A stretch of DNA of 64,000 nt from Rhina ancylostomus (GCA_030265395.1 JARFYF010000104.1:41974817-42038816), one strand, 5' to 3'; positions 14,291-26,639 are shown, numbered from the stretch's first letter. A program made the numbers and translations. The notes: generated by a model not told the origin, from the sequence alone.

Positions 14291-14332
14291 ATCTGCAATG
14301 AAAAGCTTTTAATCTGCAATGAAAAGCTTTTA
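14291..14332. repeat. Exact 21-bp tandem duplication atctgcaatgaaaagctttta
   Basis: Two adjacent identical copies. Confidence 0.9.
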
Positions 14333-15135
14333 ATCATGTACAGGCTTGGCTAAATGAGCAATTTGCCTATACTGCATCATAAGTCATTTATCCTCAGTGT
14401 ACATTGGTTAGCAATGGGATTTGTGTGAAAATATGTACTATATAAACTTCATTTAAGTGACCAAGGTTAAACTGTATGGATTGTATAATTTTGATATTGC
14501 ATTTCTTTAGCTCAATTGATTTTAAATACTTTGACTAATAAAATGTATTTAAAAGGAACATGGTACTGTTTTCTGACTTTAATTCACAAGGATTTGAAAT
14601 GTGGCTTTTTGTTTGCGTATGGAAGATTTATTAGTAAGGGCTCTATTAATTGCCCTTGAAATTAATCCCTTGCTAGGTTATTTCAGAATGCAGCTGAAAT
14701 TTGACTTCCACTGCTGTGGGTCTGGAATTATACCCAGCCTGACCTGGTTAAATGTAGATTTTCCTCCCTGAAGCATTTAGATGGGTTTGTATAGCAATCC
14801 AATTTTTTTTAGTCACCATTCCTGGTACTCGTTCTCCAGATTTAAATGAATGGGTTTAATTTCCCTCATGTGCAGTAGTGTCACTTGAACTTTCATCATG
14901 TCATTAATTCAGGCAATTTAACCACCCTGACAGAATGTTACATGTGCATCATTTTCTTCACACTCAGTGGCCCTGCTCCAAAATGGACAAAGTAGGCTGA
15001 CCTTCACCCACCATAATGCAGGCATATCATTCCTGAAAACTTTTCAGTCTTATTGCCCTATACAGTTCAGCCATGACTGAATTGTAATAGATGCTTAATG
15101 GGCAGTTCCCACCTGTTCTTAATTTTGTAAATGTT

Positions 15136-15170
15136 AACTCCTCCACATTAAAGTCTAATGTGGAGGAGTT
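15136..15170. repeat. Perfect inverted repeat, 15-bp stem and 5-nt loop
   Basis: aactcctccacatta-aagtc-taatgtggaggagtt. Confidence 0.9.
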
Positions 15171-15955
15171 TCCAATGTGGTTTAACACCTAAAGCTGGCC
15201 TGCTTTGAGTTGGGGTAGGAGCTGTCCTGCCAACTGAGTTGATTAAGAGTGCCTTTTTCAAGTATGGTGGTAATGGCTAAGTGGGATTTAATTAAATTGA
15301 GGGATATCTGAGTGGTCATTTGTATGTCTGAATTTTTAGCTGGCGACTGGCAAAAGTTTGAAACAAACATTGTCTAGATACTAGTAATGTTTGGTAACCG
15401 AGGAGGACAGTACTGCAAAAGGTGCAAGTAATAATGGTCGTTAAGCAATGGCATGTAACCTCACCTGGTTGAAACTTAAAACTCTAGAAAAACAAAAAGG
15501 CTGATGACTGGTTTCACACTATCTTTCATTGCTGAGAGCACTCGGAATATATCCTTGGGAGAAATATGTTTGGGTGTGGGAACCAGTGTAATGAGATTAT
15601 AACCACTTAAGAACAATTCAAATGAGGTGCACAACAGCAGAAGGGGATGATGTGAATGAATTAATGTCAAAAAAAGTCAAGTTATAGGCTAATATGATTT
15701 GTTTAATGTAATACCAGCATTGTAGACTGCCTGGAAATTAGTTTGAAAGATCAATAACCGTGGAGGTGATTCCTTCTAGGATCTTGGAGATGTCTGTTGG
15801 GTGGGACAATGGATGTTGGTGTGAATTGAAATTAGGGTAGTAATTGGATGCAAGTGAGACTTCCCGGCAAGGCATACAGATTTTTTTGGGAAAGCAGCCA
15901 GTGATTCTTTTGAATAGTTTAGAGCTCTCCATCTGTCTTAGTTCTTGGTTTTGCA

Positions 15956-16013
15956 TTAGTCTTCTGGAATTCTGGAGCATCTGGATGGTTCAGATAATCT
16001 GCGTTCTACAAGG
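15956..16013 (-). CDS. SLC46A2: SLC46A2 candidate last exon: (I)LVERRLSEPSRCSRIPED*
   Basis: Acceptor ttctgcttcatttgcAG with phase matching exon 3. Gives an 18-residue tail and a 476-aa protein, close to the recalled human length. Peptide similarity itself is weak. Confidence 0.65.
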
Positions 16014-17259
16014 CTGCAAATGAAGCAGAATGTGTGTGATTTACAGTAAGTATTGAATGAACAATACTAATTTTAGGGCTACGTATTGTGCCCAAATCTA
16101 TCTTAGCCATGCCTCACCAAGAAATTTGTTAAATGTTTTCCCCTAATTTTCCACCCTGCCCCCCCCCCCCCAAACCCCCCATTCTCTGCTCCAAATGCAA
16201 TCTATTTGCCATTTATATTTAGGAGCCAACCTAAAATTAGGCAACCCTGCTAAAAGGATGTCTGCCTGCATTTGAGAAGCTTGGCTGTGCCAACGTATGT
16301 TATGATAGTCAATTCAAAGAGGACTGGCAAGTAAAGGTAATGTGCTTTGCATTACTAACCAACTATTTTCCACAGCCCAAAAACTGAGTTAAGTTGAATT
16401 GAGGTTAGCTGGAGATGAAGTAACTTTCTGACAATAGCAGATTTTGTAATTTCACACTTGGTAAAACTCATTCTCAAGATGGAGCAGAATCAAAAATGTT
16501 GCTACAGTAACATTTAATTTCTGACCTTTTGATACTCTCGGTTTTACTGTGGATTGTCGACTGAAGGCCATTTGTGGCAACTCTCAAAGCTGCCCACTTG
16601 GTTCTACACCCTTCTGCTCTTCCATGCTCCATAACCATGTCCCCAGTTGCCTTGAAATATGGATTCAGTCCCCCTCTGAAGTTTACAATGCTATCCTTTT
16701 TGATCATTTTACCAGATTGTGCGCTCCAGATCAACATAACCTGTATTTATTAACACAAATTCATGCAATTTGTTTTGCCAGTTATTAAAATTGTGTCCTC
16801 TGGTTACCAGCACAGTGGGATTTGGAGTAGGCGTAGGCCACTCAATCTCTTGCATGCTGTGCCATTCATTTAAATGGTTCATCTGAATGTAACTGCAACT
16901 CCACATTCCCATCTACTCTTGTCTTTCAGCTCTATCAAGAATCTTGCTGACTCTACCTTAAAAATATTAAAATACTCTGCTTCCACCACTCTTTAAGGAA
17001 GGGTTCCAAAGTCTCAAGTTGCTAAGTAGAAGAAAAGCCATCTGTTGTGTGTGACCCACTTAATTTTAAACAAACTCCTACTTCTGGATTCTCCCATGAG
17101 AGGAAACTTCCTTTCCAGACCCAACTTTTTAAGACTCCTCAGGATCATTTATGTTTTGATCAAGTCCTCTTCTAGTCCAGCTTTTCCAATCTGTCCTAAG
17201 ACAATCTGCCCATTCCAGGAATTATTCCTATAAACTATCTTTTTTTAAAAGAAAAAAGG

Positions 17260-17440
17260 AAAATGCTGGAAACACCAAGTCAGGTGGAAAGAGACATGGT
17301 AAATATTTCAAGATGAAGACTCTTCATCAGAAAACAAACATGCTGTAAGTTGCAGAAAAGGGGGAAGGGTGGAGAGAACAACAGGAATGCTTGTGATGGG
17401 ATGGAGAGCAAGAGATGGAATGATACAAATGGTGGTGCTA
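17260..17440 (-). mobile_element. Penelope-derived terminal-repeat fragment with hammerhead core, in SLC46A2 intron 3
   Basis: Minus strand reads CTGATGA-agagtcttcatctt-GAAA-tatt (17330-17302), preceded by a pyrimidine tract. Confidence 0.65.
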
Positions 17441-17836
17441 ACCGAGAGGATGCTGAAAGCCTATAGATGGCAGTTGGTCTGTCTGGCCAAGTAAATAGAA
17501 GGGGCTGAAAGACAAAAGTATGCTGGAACCATGATGTATGAAACACTAAATATGTGTGATTGAGAACAATAACTACAGGGATTCTGTCTGGAGCTCTGTT
17601 TTGCCCTGGGTTATGTAAACAGGCAATAAGACAGCCCTAGGGAGAGTACTTTCCTTGAATTTGGCACTTTTCCCTAACTTTGTTGTCAAAATTTTCTAAT
17701 AGCAACCTTTAGTGTATCTCAAGCAAAACAAATGTTAATTTGTCACTCCTTAGACCCTCAAGCATATTTTGAAAAGCCCATAACTTGNNNNNNNNNNNNN
17801 NNNTTCTAGACTGCTTCCAAAAAGTGTTTGCATCCT

Positions 17837-17870
17837 TCCATAAATTAGACTAGTCCATAAATTAGACTAG
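17837..17870. repeat. Exact 17-bp tandem duplication tccataaattagactag
   Basis: Two adjacent identical copies. Confidence 0.9.
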
Positions 17871-18251
17871 TATTGTACTTGCTACTTAAGATGTCATCTC
17901 ACCAGTACCATATTCTGCCTTCAATACGGTTCAACAATCATAATTATTCTCTGAGTGCTCTGCATGGGTATTATCAAGGTTGGATTATTTTATGAAGACA
18001 TTGGCTAGGCTGGGATGTTCTCTTTAGAACAATGGAGGATAATTTACTTGAGCTGCATAAAATGCAGAGTCTAGATAGGGTGAACATGAAAGGGCCTCTT
18101 CTCAGCATGTTTGATATGCAGGGGACATAGATTATAAAAGTAAGGACTAGATAGATTCAAGGGTCAGCCAGATCAGAGTGGTGGGGGTGTTTGCTTGAAC
18201 CTGCTGCTTAAAAAGTTACTGGAGGCAGCGACAATTGTATTTGAAAATGCA

Positions 18252-18664
18252 TGTCATGGATTCTCCCTGGGTTACCAACACCCAAGTGTTGGACACCCCT
18301 GTACGTAAAAGCATTTGGAAGACTGGTGGGATGGATTTACCAGCTGTTGTGAGACTGCATGTATCTTCAGCTGGGCAGGAATGGGGTATTTCTGCATGCC
18401 TTCATTCTTCCTTTCCCCCTTGTGCAGCTACAATGAAGCTGGGTTGAGCAGAGGTGAGCTAGGTGTGAGCGAGCGAGTGAGTCTGCTCAGGGCTCCAAGT
18501 TAGTGAGGGCTGGCTGTCAGCCACTGTTCCCACACCTTGCTTTCCTGCCACAACTGTTTCTGTGATCCTCTCTTGTATGCTCTTTTTGTTCATTTCCAAC
18601 TTGCAAACCATTCAGATTATGAACTATTCTCAGGAATGGAACTCTAATCTGGGGACTGCATGTA
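18252..18664. mobile_element. Tigger/pogo-like non-autonomous DNA transposon nested in a CR1 fragment
   Basis: Ends catggattctccctgggttac and aatctggggactgcatgta resemble decayed TIRs. CR1-like sequence lies on both sides (about 17990-18250 and 18665-18790). Confidence 0.45.
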
Positions 18665-18877
18665 TAGCATGAAGTGGCTTTTCAAACAAAGATATCCATA
18701 TCAAGAGGTAGGAACCGGGATCAGACTGAAAAACATTTTTGGCTGGGATGTACTAGGTGGGTTGAATGGTCACTTGTGTTTAATTTTTTGATTTGCATTA
18801 TACAAATCACTGGGTATTAAAATTGCATTTTATGCAAATACAGAATGGCACGTATGTTACAGCTTAATTTTACTTAC

Positions 18878-19034
18878 ATTATGGGAATGATACTTAAGCA
18901 ACTGATGACTGAAGACAGGCTGAAACAGAGGCTTGGGTACCAGTCTTTTGTCGATATGTAAATCTGGACAAAGATCGTTGAGGCAATGACTCCAGTCAAT
19001 GTTAGGAGAATCTGAAGCACGCCAAACACTTTCC
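18878..19034 (-). CDS. SLC46A2: SLC46A2 exon 3: (G)KVFGVLQILLTLTGVIASTIFVQIYISTKDWYPSLCFSLSSVISCLSIIPI
   Basis: Acceptor tatttcaAG and donor GTAAGT, 157 nt, phase 1/2. Two TM helices, similar to human 'GKVFVILQLSLALTGV'. Confidence 0.92.
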
Positions 19035-20064
19035 CTTGAAATACAATTGTGGGATTTAAATACTGTTCTTTATCAAAAGAAACTTTCATTTCTATAAACA
19101 TCTCTTCATGTCCCTTTTCAGAATATCCTGAAGTGCATTACAAGGAATGAAGTACCATTGGTCATTGCTGTATCAACTTTATTTGGTTGGTAACTATATA
19201 GAATATAATCATGGATACTTATCTGTGCTGTAATTTTGTACTGAATTTTTTCTCTTGCTATTTAACTCAATCCAAGTGGTTTCTGGCCTGTGTATCCAAT
19301 TTAACATTGTTGTGATGTTTGCATTCCTAAGACCTATGGTCTGTGAACTTGGCAGTACATGGCCAGTTAGCACCTGGGAAATGGGCAACCTAACATCCAT
19401 GCCCATTTGGCAGACTGAGAAATGCATGCACTTCTGGCCAGAAGGACACTGACTTTCACATTTATCCTTAATACTTTATAACTAAGCAAATATTTTTGAA
19501 ATGCAGATACTGTTGTGATGCAGTGTAAAGAGTAGCTAGTTTGTGATACCAGTTCTCTCAAACAGATGCAATAATGATAGCCTGTTAAGAGATGTTGATT
19601 GGGATATTAAATAGAGGAAAATCCCCTGCTGCTTATTAAAATAGTGCCATGGGATCTTCTGCATCACCATGAGTTCTGTCATGGTTTAATACTTGATTCA
19701 AAAGATGAAACTTGGGTCAGTGCAGCATTCCCTCAGTTCTATTTTGGGATATCAGCCTAGATAATCTTTTTCTCAAGCATNNNNNNNNNNACACAATCTT
19801 ACCACCTGAGAGACAAGTTTGACAGCTGCCAAAGGTCCACCTGTAACTATCATGGACCTTCAGATATGCAACAGTTAACGTGTCTTTTGTAGAAGCTACT
19901 TCCACAATGATACTGGCAAAAGCCTGAGAACACATGATCTTCCCAGATTCCGTTTTGGGACGGTTAGGTGGAAGGAGGTGGTATTATGGAGAAAGCAACT
20001 CAGTGATAATGCACAATAATGAAATTAACCTAGGTGCAAACTGATAAATTGGGAGAATACTAAC

Positions 20065-20148
20065 CATATGAAGTGTCTTTTATCTGCTTTGAAATCACTG
20101 ACCGTATCGTTGGGAGAGGAATGAGGGCAAACATCATCACTGCTCGAG
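20065..20148 (-). CDS. SLC46A2: SLC46A2 exon 2: (A)RAVMMFALIPLPTIRSVISKQIKDTSY(G)
   Basis: Acceptor tttcttgcAG and donor GTtagt, 84 nt, phase 1/1. Matches recalled human 'ARAVMLFALIPVTTIRSAMSKLIKGSSYG'. Absent from the ORF track. Confidence 0.93.
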
Positions 20149-23100
20149 CTGCAAGAAATTTATTTTTAAAAAAGTTATTTGTTTGTCAAGGAGTTCATTA
20201 AATAGAGAGATTCTGCATTTGACATTCCATACAAATGATTATCCAGTTTGATCATTCAGTTCATTTTCTTGTTGAATGCTTTAGATGTACAACACTGACA
20301 TTAGAATGGCACCAAATTTTTGCATTTATATGGCATTTTTAACACATTAGTGTTCCAAATCACTTAACACATACAAGGCATAATTTGGTACAGATCACCA
20401 GAAGCAGTTTTGAAGCAATGATTTTTAAAACCTATTTATGGAGGGAATTCCAAAGCCAATACGTGACCTGAAAATTGACATTGGATGGATGGAGACCACA
20501 AATAGTTAAGTGTGGATAAGGAAATGTTTTCTATGACAGCAAAGGACAATTTTATAATGGGGATGAGGAGTCTGCTAGAATGAGAAGCAACATTGGCTCA
20601 GGAAGCACAGGTGAATGGGAGTTGGTGCAAGTCAGTATGCAGACAGGAGATGCAATGTGGAATCCAAGAAGTAGCACATTGAGGTACTTGAGTCCTGAAG
20701 TAATGCTGCCGTGGATCACTATTGGCAATGAAGCACCAAGGCACGGGTGGGGTTGTATGATAATCCCAGGAGTGGAAGTTGGTGATGGCTCAGCTAGAAA
20801 CTTAACTGGGAGCCAAATAAATGCCAAAGCTGGGAATAGCATGTGTTAGCTGCAGATTGTTTCAGGACTAGAATGGAGTCAGTGGCTCAAAAATAGAGTT
20901 TGTGATAGGGACCAATACTGGTGAAAATTTCAATATGTCCAATGCAAGCAGCAAGATGAATCAGTGGAAAAACAGTATTCAGTTCAGAAATGTTTACACA
21001 ACAGCATGATAACTTGTGTGTAATGAGGTAGTCATGAACATTATCAAATGTCTGTGTATGAGCACTAAAGTTCCACACTTCAGTTTATTATCATGCGCAC
21101 AAATGTGTGTCTGTACAGGTGCAATGGAAAAGTTAAGAATGAAACATTTTAACTAATTGTATTTTTTTCTTGAAAGAGAGCCAGTCTAGGAAATATTTGC
21201 TTCTTGAATGTCATAGTTATTTATCTTTTTGAGGTTTTTGTTTAAAGCCCCATAGTCATTGTAACTGTTCCATTTTTGCAGAGCAGTTAGATGCTTCCAT
21301 TGCAGTATTACCAAGATGTTTATATTTGCAATGTTTGTAAAAGTACTAAGTTCTGAGTGGCCATTTTGAACCATCTTGCCAAAAGACATCATTTGTTACA
21401 TAGTTTGAATTTCTAATAAAATCACATTTATTTTAGCCACAAGTTAGCAGAATGCATTTCCAAGTTATTTGAAGAGGAATTTACAGAGTATTAATGATGC
21501 CTCTAACAATTATTTTCTATTAAGAATTTTTGCTGTGCCATTTTATGAACAGCTACTTCAAAATCTGAAGATTGAATATTGAAATTTAGAAATAGGTTCA
21601 GTATATATGGGGGGAGAAAAGCTTGTATTTTGTAGACACTGCTGCTTTCATCTCTCTCCTGAGAGGATTAATGAAGTGTTGTCCACAGTGGATATTCAGC
21701 AAATATTTGGTAAGGTTAAGTGTGAAAGTACTGTGGCAAAGATAAACATGGTCATTGGTTCTGAACAGAACCATTAGCATTCTACCAAGTGCCAATACTG
21801 AGAGTCCAGGACTTGCTAATAATCACTGGAAGACTAAATCTATCAGTATCCTGCTCCTGGACTTGCTACAGGATCCAACAGCAGAGCCTAGCTCATTCAC
21901 GAGCATGATCTCCTCTATGACTTGATGGTGGGTCAGACCTTAAGCAGGATCAATGGGGACTCTAGGCCTAAAGGTAAGCAAAGGAGGGGGGAAACTTTTC
22001 ATTATTTTGCTTTAGTTTAATATTTTTGTTTTGTTAATTCACTTTAGTTACTACAAATTTAATGGATATTTTAAGAACTGTAGCAATCAATGACAGTTTT
22101 GATAGAAGACCACACCCTGCCTATAGCTTTGTCTTTGGGGGGGGGGGGAAGGGGAGAGAGAGAGGGGGTTTAGTTATGGGTGAGCTCTTGCACTATCCCC
22201 TGATACCTGTTTCAAACATCACTCCCCAACTCTGGAGAGGGTCAGCAATTTCAGACCTTCACATCCATCCCAGCCAGGTGAGTATGTTGGGACCACAGAA
22301 GGCAGGAAAAGTCCAGCTTAATAAATGAAGTAGAATGCAGCACTGTGGATGGAGATTGAAGAAAAGGAGTGTATTTTGGTGCAGAATTTTCAGTAGAAAT
22401 GGCTGGCATTTGCTGAAAAAACAATGATCATGAAGTTGTAGTTGGTGTTTCAGTGCACTTTCATAAATTATGCTGTTTCCTGTCTTTGCTGCTGTAATCA
22501 AGGGAAGTTATTTGAAATTATACAAATCTAAGCTCTTTGCAAAGTGGGCAACAGTAGCACACTGATTTTCATTTATGTAGCACTTTTAATTTTGTATATT
22601 CCATCTTGTCTTACAACATAAGAGACTATTCAGCCCCTCAAGTTTATATTGGCACTGTTCCCAGTCCCCCAATACTTGTAACCTATTCTCTCCGTTTTCC
22701 CATCAATTGTTGCTAAACTGGATGAGATGAGGGTAGATGATCAAAAAGAGGTGAATTTTAAGGAGTAGCTTTGAGAAAGAAGTGGAGAAATTTTGGGGAG
22801 GGAATTCCAAAGCTTGCTGCCATTGCCATATATATGTGTTGAGGTCCAGGTGTTTTGATAACAAACTCCTGTTTCTTGGTTTGCTGTCTGAGTTCTTTAA
22901 CGTGATGGCTAATTTGATGACATCAGAGCTGTGGGCAGTGGATCACTTTGAACTGTTCTCTGATTGTCTCAGCGTTAGAAAAGGCAGTCTGGAAATCTGA
23001 AATAAAAACAAAATGCTGGAAATATGCCATTGAAAGGTCTGTGGCTTGAATCAATAACTTTCTCTTTCTACAGATGCTACCATACCTGATGTATATTTTC

Positions 23101-23790
23101 AGCCTTTTCTATTTTTATCACTAACTTTTTGTGGGGAGTTTTTTCCCCCAAGGGCAATATTTTACTGCCAGTAGCCCACTTTTGAATCATAGATACTGTT
23201 GCAATTTGGGCAACTGGTGGTCAAATTAGCCTACTGCAGAATCCCACAACTATCAAGGAGATAAGTGCACCTAATCAAAATGCAGAAATCTGCAGCTGCT
23301 TGGAAATAAAGTGCTGGTAATATTTGGCTAATCAGATAGCATCTGTGGAGAGACAGTGTTTGTGGATGAAGATCTTTAGTCAGAACTATACAGCTAATCT
23401 GTTTTGAAATATTGGTCACAACTCTAGTGTCATGTTTAATACCTCAGGAGTCTTCTTATCACTGTTAAACAACCACCATTGAACCTTCAGTGCAGTGCTT
23501 AAATACCAATACAGCTTGTGTGCTTTAGTTTTGCAGTGTGACTTGAGTCAGTGTCCTTGTTTATTAGTAGCAAGAGTTCTGTAGGCAATACCATTAGTAT
23601 AGGTTATGGGCAAAGGAATAGGATAAACGTACATTATTGTTTTATATCAATTATCTGTATTTGGGAATTGAGGGAATTATTGAAACTTGACTCCAAATTG
23701 TAATAAGCAAATGGCAAAACTCTGAATTGAGCACTAGCCATGAACTATCAATGTTTAATAAAGTCCCAGACTGTTGGTAATGATACTTAC

Positions 23791-24922
23791 CAATAAAGAA
23801 TAGATAAGTCCACTTCACAAAGGCCAGAATCAGCATCCCAGTGGAAAATGATACTATTCCAATCACTATCAAGAAAGTGTCCTTCAAATAACGGGAAAGA
23901 ACTTTGACTCCTAGGTAGCTGGTCAGGAAGATGGTGTATCCTGCCGCATAGCCATAGCCAACCCAGACAGCATTCCAATTCAATGGCTCTTTCAGTACAA
24001 ACATGGGAATTACATCCACTCCACCTGTCACGCCTAGATCGTATAAAACCCCACCAGCAAAAAGCAAAACAACTGTGTAATAATTCACTAGTGTGCAGCC
24101 ACCAGTTTCACCTTGAGCTCTCGCGGTTCTATCCAGTAGCCCTGATGCTTCAGTTGGACTTCCATTCGTGATTCTGTTTTGTTGCTCAACCTCGACCCCA
24201 GCAGCGGCTTCAGAGACGTAGCCTCGCCTAGCCTGATCCAGCAGCCTGTCACCTTCAAGAGGCGTTGTGCTTCCAACCTCGCTCCCTGGAGTTGCAGCTT
24301 GCGTCTGGCCGGATGGCACCTTCAACCCCAGGATGCAGTAAAGGAAGCTCAACACATAAAGGGTGCAGCTACAGCCTGCCAGTACCGCCCCATGGTAATG
24401 GGAAAGGGTGAAGTGGACGAAGATGTGTCCAGACGCGATGCTGCCAATCAACCCTGCCAGGCCATAGGTCAGCTCGATCCTAATCAACCTGACAGACCTG
24501 TCCTCCGCGGAGGAAGTGTCTGAGGCCAGGGCCATGACTCCGGTCCAGAAAGAGGTGAAACCCCCGCTCAGGCCATTGACCAGTGCAGTGCCAAGCATCA
24601 CCTCCAAGGGCAGATGGAACAGGGTCACCCAGAACAGCAGAGACTTGGAGATCACGTAGCCCAGGAGGGGCACTCCGATGGTGATCTTCCTGGATTTCTG
24701 ATCTCCCAGTTTGGCCAGGGTGAAGGTGAAGAGCATGGGGCTAATTCCCAGCAGAAGGTTGTTGTACATGTAAAACCGGGAGATGCATTTTTGCTTGCTT
24801 CCGGCTGCTGTGGCGTTGCAACGCTGTTGAGCTATCATCAGCAGACCAGTGTCAAAGAAAGCACCCGCGACCTGGTGGAGAGCCACGACGATCTCCACGA
24901 AGGAAGGCAGCTTCCCACACAT
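23791..24922 (-). CDS. SLC46A2: SLC46A2 (thymic stromal cotransporter, MFS transporter), exon 1
   Basis: ATG at 24922. Multi-TM ORF with SLC46 motifs (GLSGGFTSFWTGVMAL, RSVRLIRIELTYGLAGLIGS, FVLKEPLNWNAVWVGYG). Donor G|GTAAGT after 23791, phase 1, 1132 nt. Confidence 0.95.
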
Positions 24923-25200
24923 CTCCCTGAACTCTCACCGCATGCACACGTCTCCTGGGCTTCTCAAAGCAACTTCCCACGGCGCAGTGGGGCCAGATCC
25001 GGAAAGACGGCCGGAGCGAAGCAGAAGCACTTCCCTCGCTTTCTCTTTCTCTCTGGGCTGATTTCTCAAGTCAGCACCACGCCCGGAATCGGAATCGGGC
25101 CGAGAAATCCCGCAGCTGTCGGACCTGCCCGACCGGTTTTCGGATGCAAAGATGTCACGGGGAGATGCGCTCCACTGTCGGTAACCTGCTGGAGTCCCAT
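24850..25200 (-). promoter_or_regulatory. CpG-rich 5' end / promoter region of SLC46A2
   Basis: Dense CpG (e.g. gcccggaatcggaatcgggccgag, cccgaccggttttcgg) spanning and preceding the start codon, in an otherwise CpG-poor window. Confidence 0.6.
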
Positions 25201-25237
25201 CAGCAGATTGTCCCTTCAGCTTGCAGCCACTTGTCTC

Positions 25238-25852
25238 CAGGAGACTACAGGCGCTGGAATCTGGAGTAAAACAAATGCAAACTGCTGGAGGAAGTCAGCA
25301 GGTCGAGCAGCATCTGTGTGGTTGGGATGATAACATCCCTCTTCTACCCCCTTTCTTTCACCATTTCCCTTCCTCCAACCACTCCACCTATTACTCCAGT
25401 CACTGCTCCCCCTCCTCCCATCCGCCCTTCCCACCTCCCTTATTTGGTCCCATGCACCACCTTTCATATCAGATTCCATTACCCACAGCCCTTCCTTGCC
25501 TCCACCTCTCACCTGCTTCACTATTCCCACCCCTCCCAACTCCTTCTGCCTTTCACAGCTCCTCATCTGGATCCACCTGTCTCTTGCCTGCTCTTGCCCC
25601 AACCGTTCACCTCACCTCTTTATGCTGGCTAACACCTCTCTTATCTTTCAGTCTAGATGTTTGTAACTCTGCATTGAGGTGGCACAGGTAAAAACACTCT
25701 GTACTAACTCAATGTATCTGCACTGTGTAAAGAATTGATCTGTATGAACGGCATGCAAGACATGTTTTTCACTGTACCTCAGTACAAGTGACAATAATAA
25801 ACCAATAGCAAGACCAAGAGATGAAAGGTCTTGACCTGAAATGTTGGCTGCG
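25238..25852. mobile_element. Penelope-derived element with a nested LINE 3' tail (25660-25818)
   Basis: Terminal motif ctgctggaggaagtcagcaggtcgagcagcatctgtg and a C/T tract. The hammerhead motif is split by an insert flanked by AGATG at 25655-25659 and 25819-25823. Confidence 0.7.
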
Positions 25853-25856
25853 CTTT

Positions 25857-26260
25857 TAGAACATAGAACAGTACAGCACAGAACAGGCCCTTCAGCCCAC
25901 AATGTTGTGCTGACATAGCTATTCCCTTCTGCCTACAGGATGCCCATATCCCTCTATTTTCCTCTCATTCATATGCCCATCCAAGCCCTTCTTGAAAGCC
26001 TCCAGTGAGTTTGCCTCCACCACCCTATCAGGCAACACATTCCAGGCATCCACCACTATCTCAGTAAAAAACGTACCCCTCACATCTGTTCTGAGCCTAC
26101 CCTCTCACCTTAAATGCATGCCCTCCGGTATTGGATTGCTCAATAATGGGAAGAAGATATTGCTTGTCCACCCTATCAACATGCCTTGTAATTTTATACA
26201 CCTCCAACAGATCACCCCTCAGCCTCTGTCGCTCCAGAGAAAACAGCCCAAGTTTGTCCT
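25857..26260 (-). mobile_element. CR1-type LINE 3' fragment
   Basis: DKLGLFSLERQRLRGDLLEVYKITRHVDRVD...TGGHAFKVRG in ORF 26097-26330, plus gttctatgttcta tail. Confidence 0.85.
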
Positions 26261-26639
26261 GATGAAAAGACTTACTATAGTAGTGTCTCCAAAATACAAG
26301 ATGTATTTGACAACTAAATATGCTGTACATACTTAAACAAGATTTAGGATATACTATTTGGCATGTTTTGTCTACAAACTATTTCTCCAGAGCAAATGCA
26401 ATCTTCTACTAGATTCAGTTACTGATGTTCTGCTCATGAGTCCTTCGACTGCCTAGTTTCACATGCAGCTAGTAAGTATGATTTAAATAATTTTTGCTTT
26501 CAGCAGTATAAAGGCATAATTTTAAACCAAATAGAAATTGGTATAATCTAATGGTTACTGCCTTTCAAAAATAACATTGCGTTTAATTGACTGATAGTTA
26601 TTGGCAGAATTGTGATTAGATCCCAGCATTTGCAGATTT

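Larger units (their letters stand above)
7364..14560 (+). other. SNX30: Putative long SNX30 3' UTR; candidate AATAAA at 10258, 10403, 11232 and 14537
   Basis: U-rich sequence after the stop, with Pumilio-type TGTANATA at about 8428 and 8766 and several AATAAA hexamers. The true end cannot be read from DNA. Confidence 0.4.

Noticed and set aside
23651-23790. C-terminal 46 aa of the 423-aa ORF
   Set aside because: This is read-through past a perfect GTAAGT donor into intron 1; the homologous C-terminus is supplied by exons 2-4.
24179-25330. Plus-strand ORFs of 114 and 238 aa
   Set aside because: Antisense shadows of the GC-rich SLC46A2 exon and promoter, running into a repeat.
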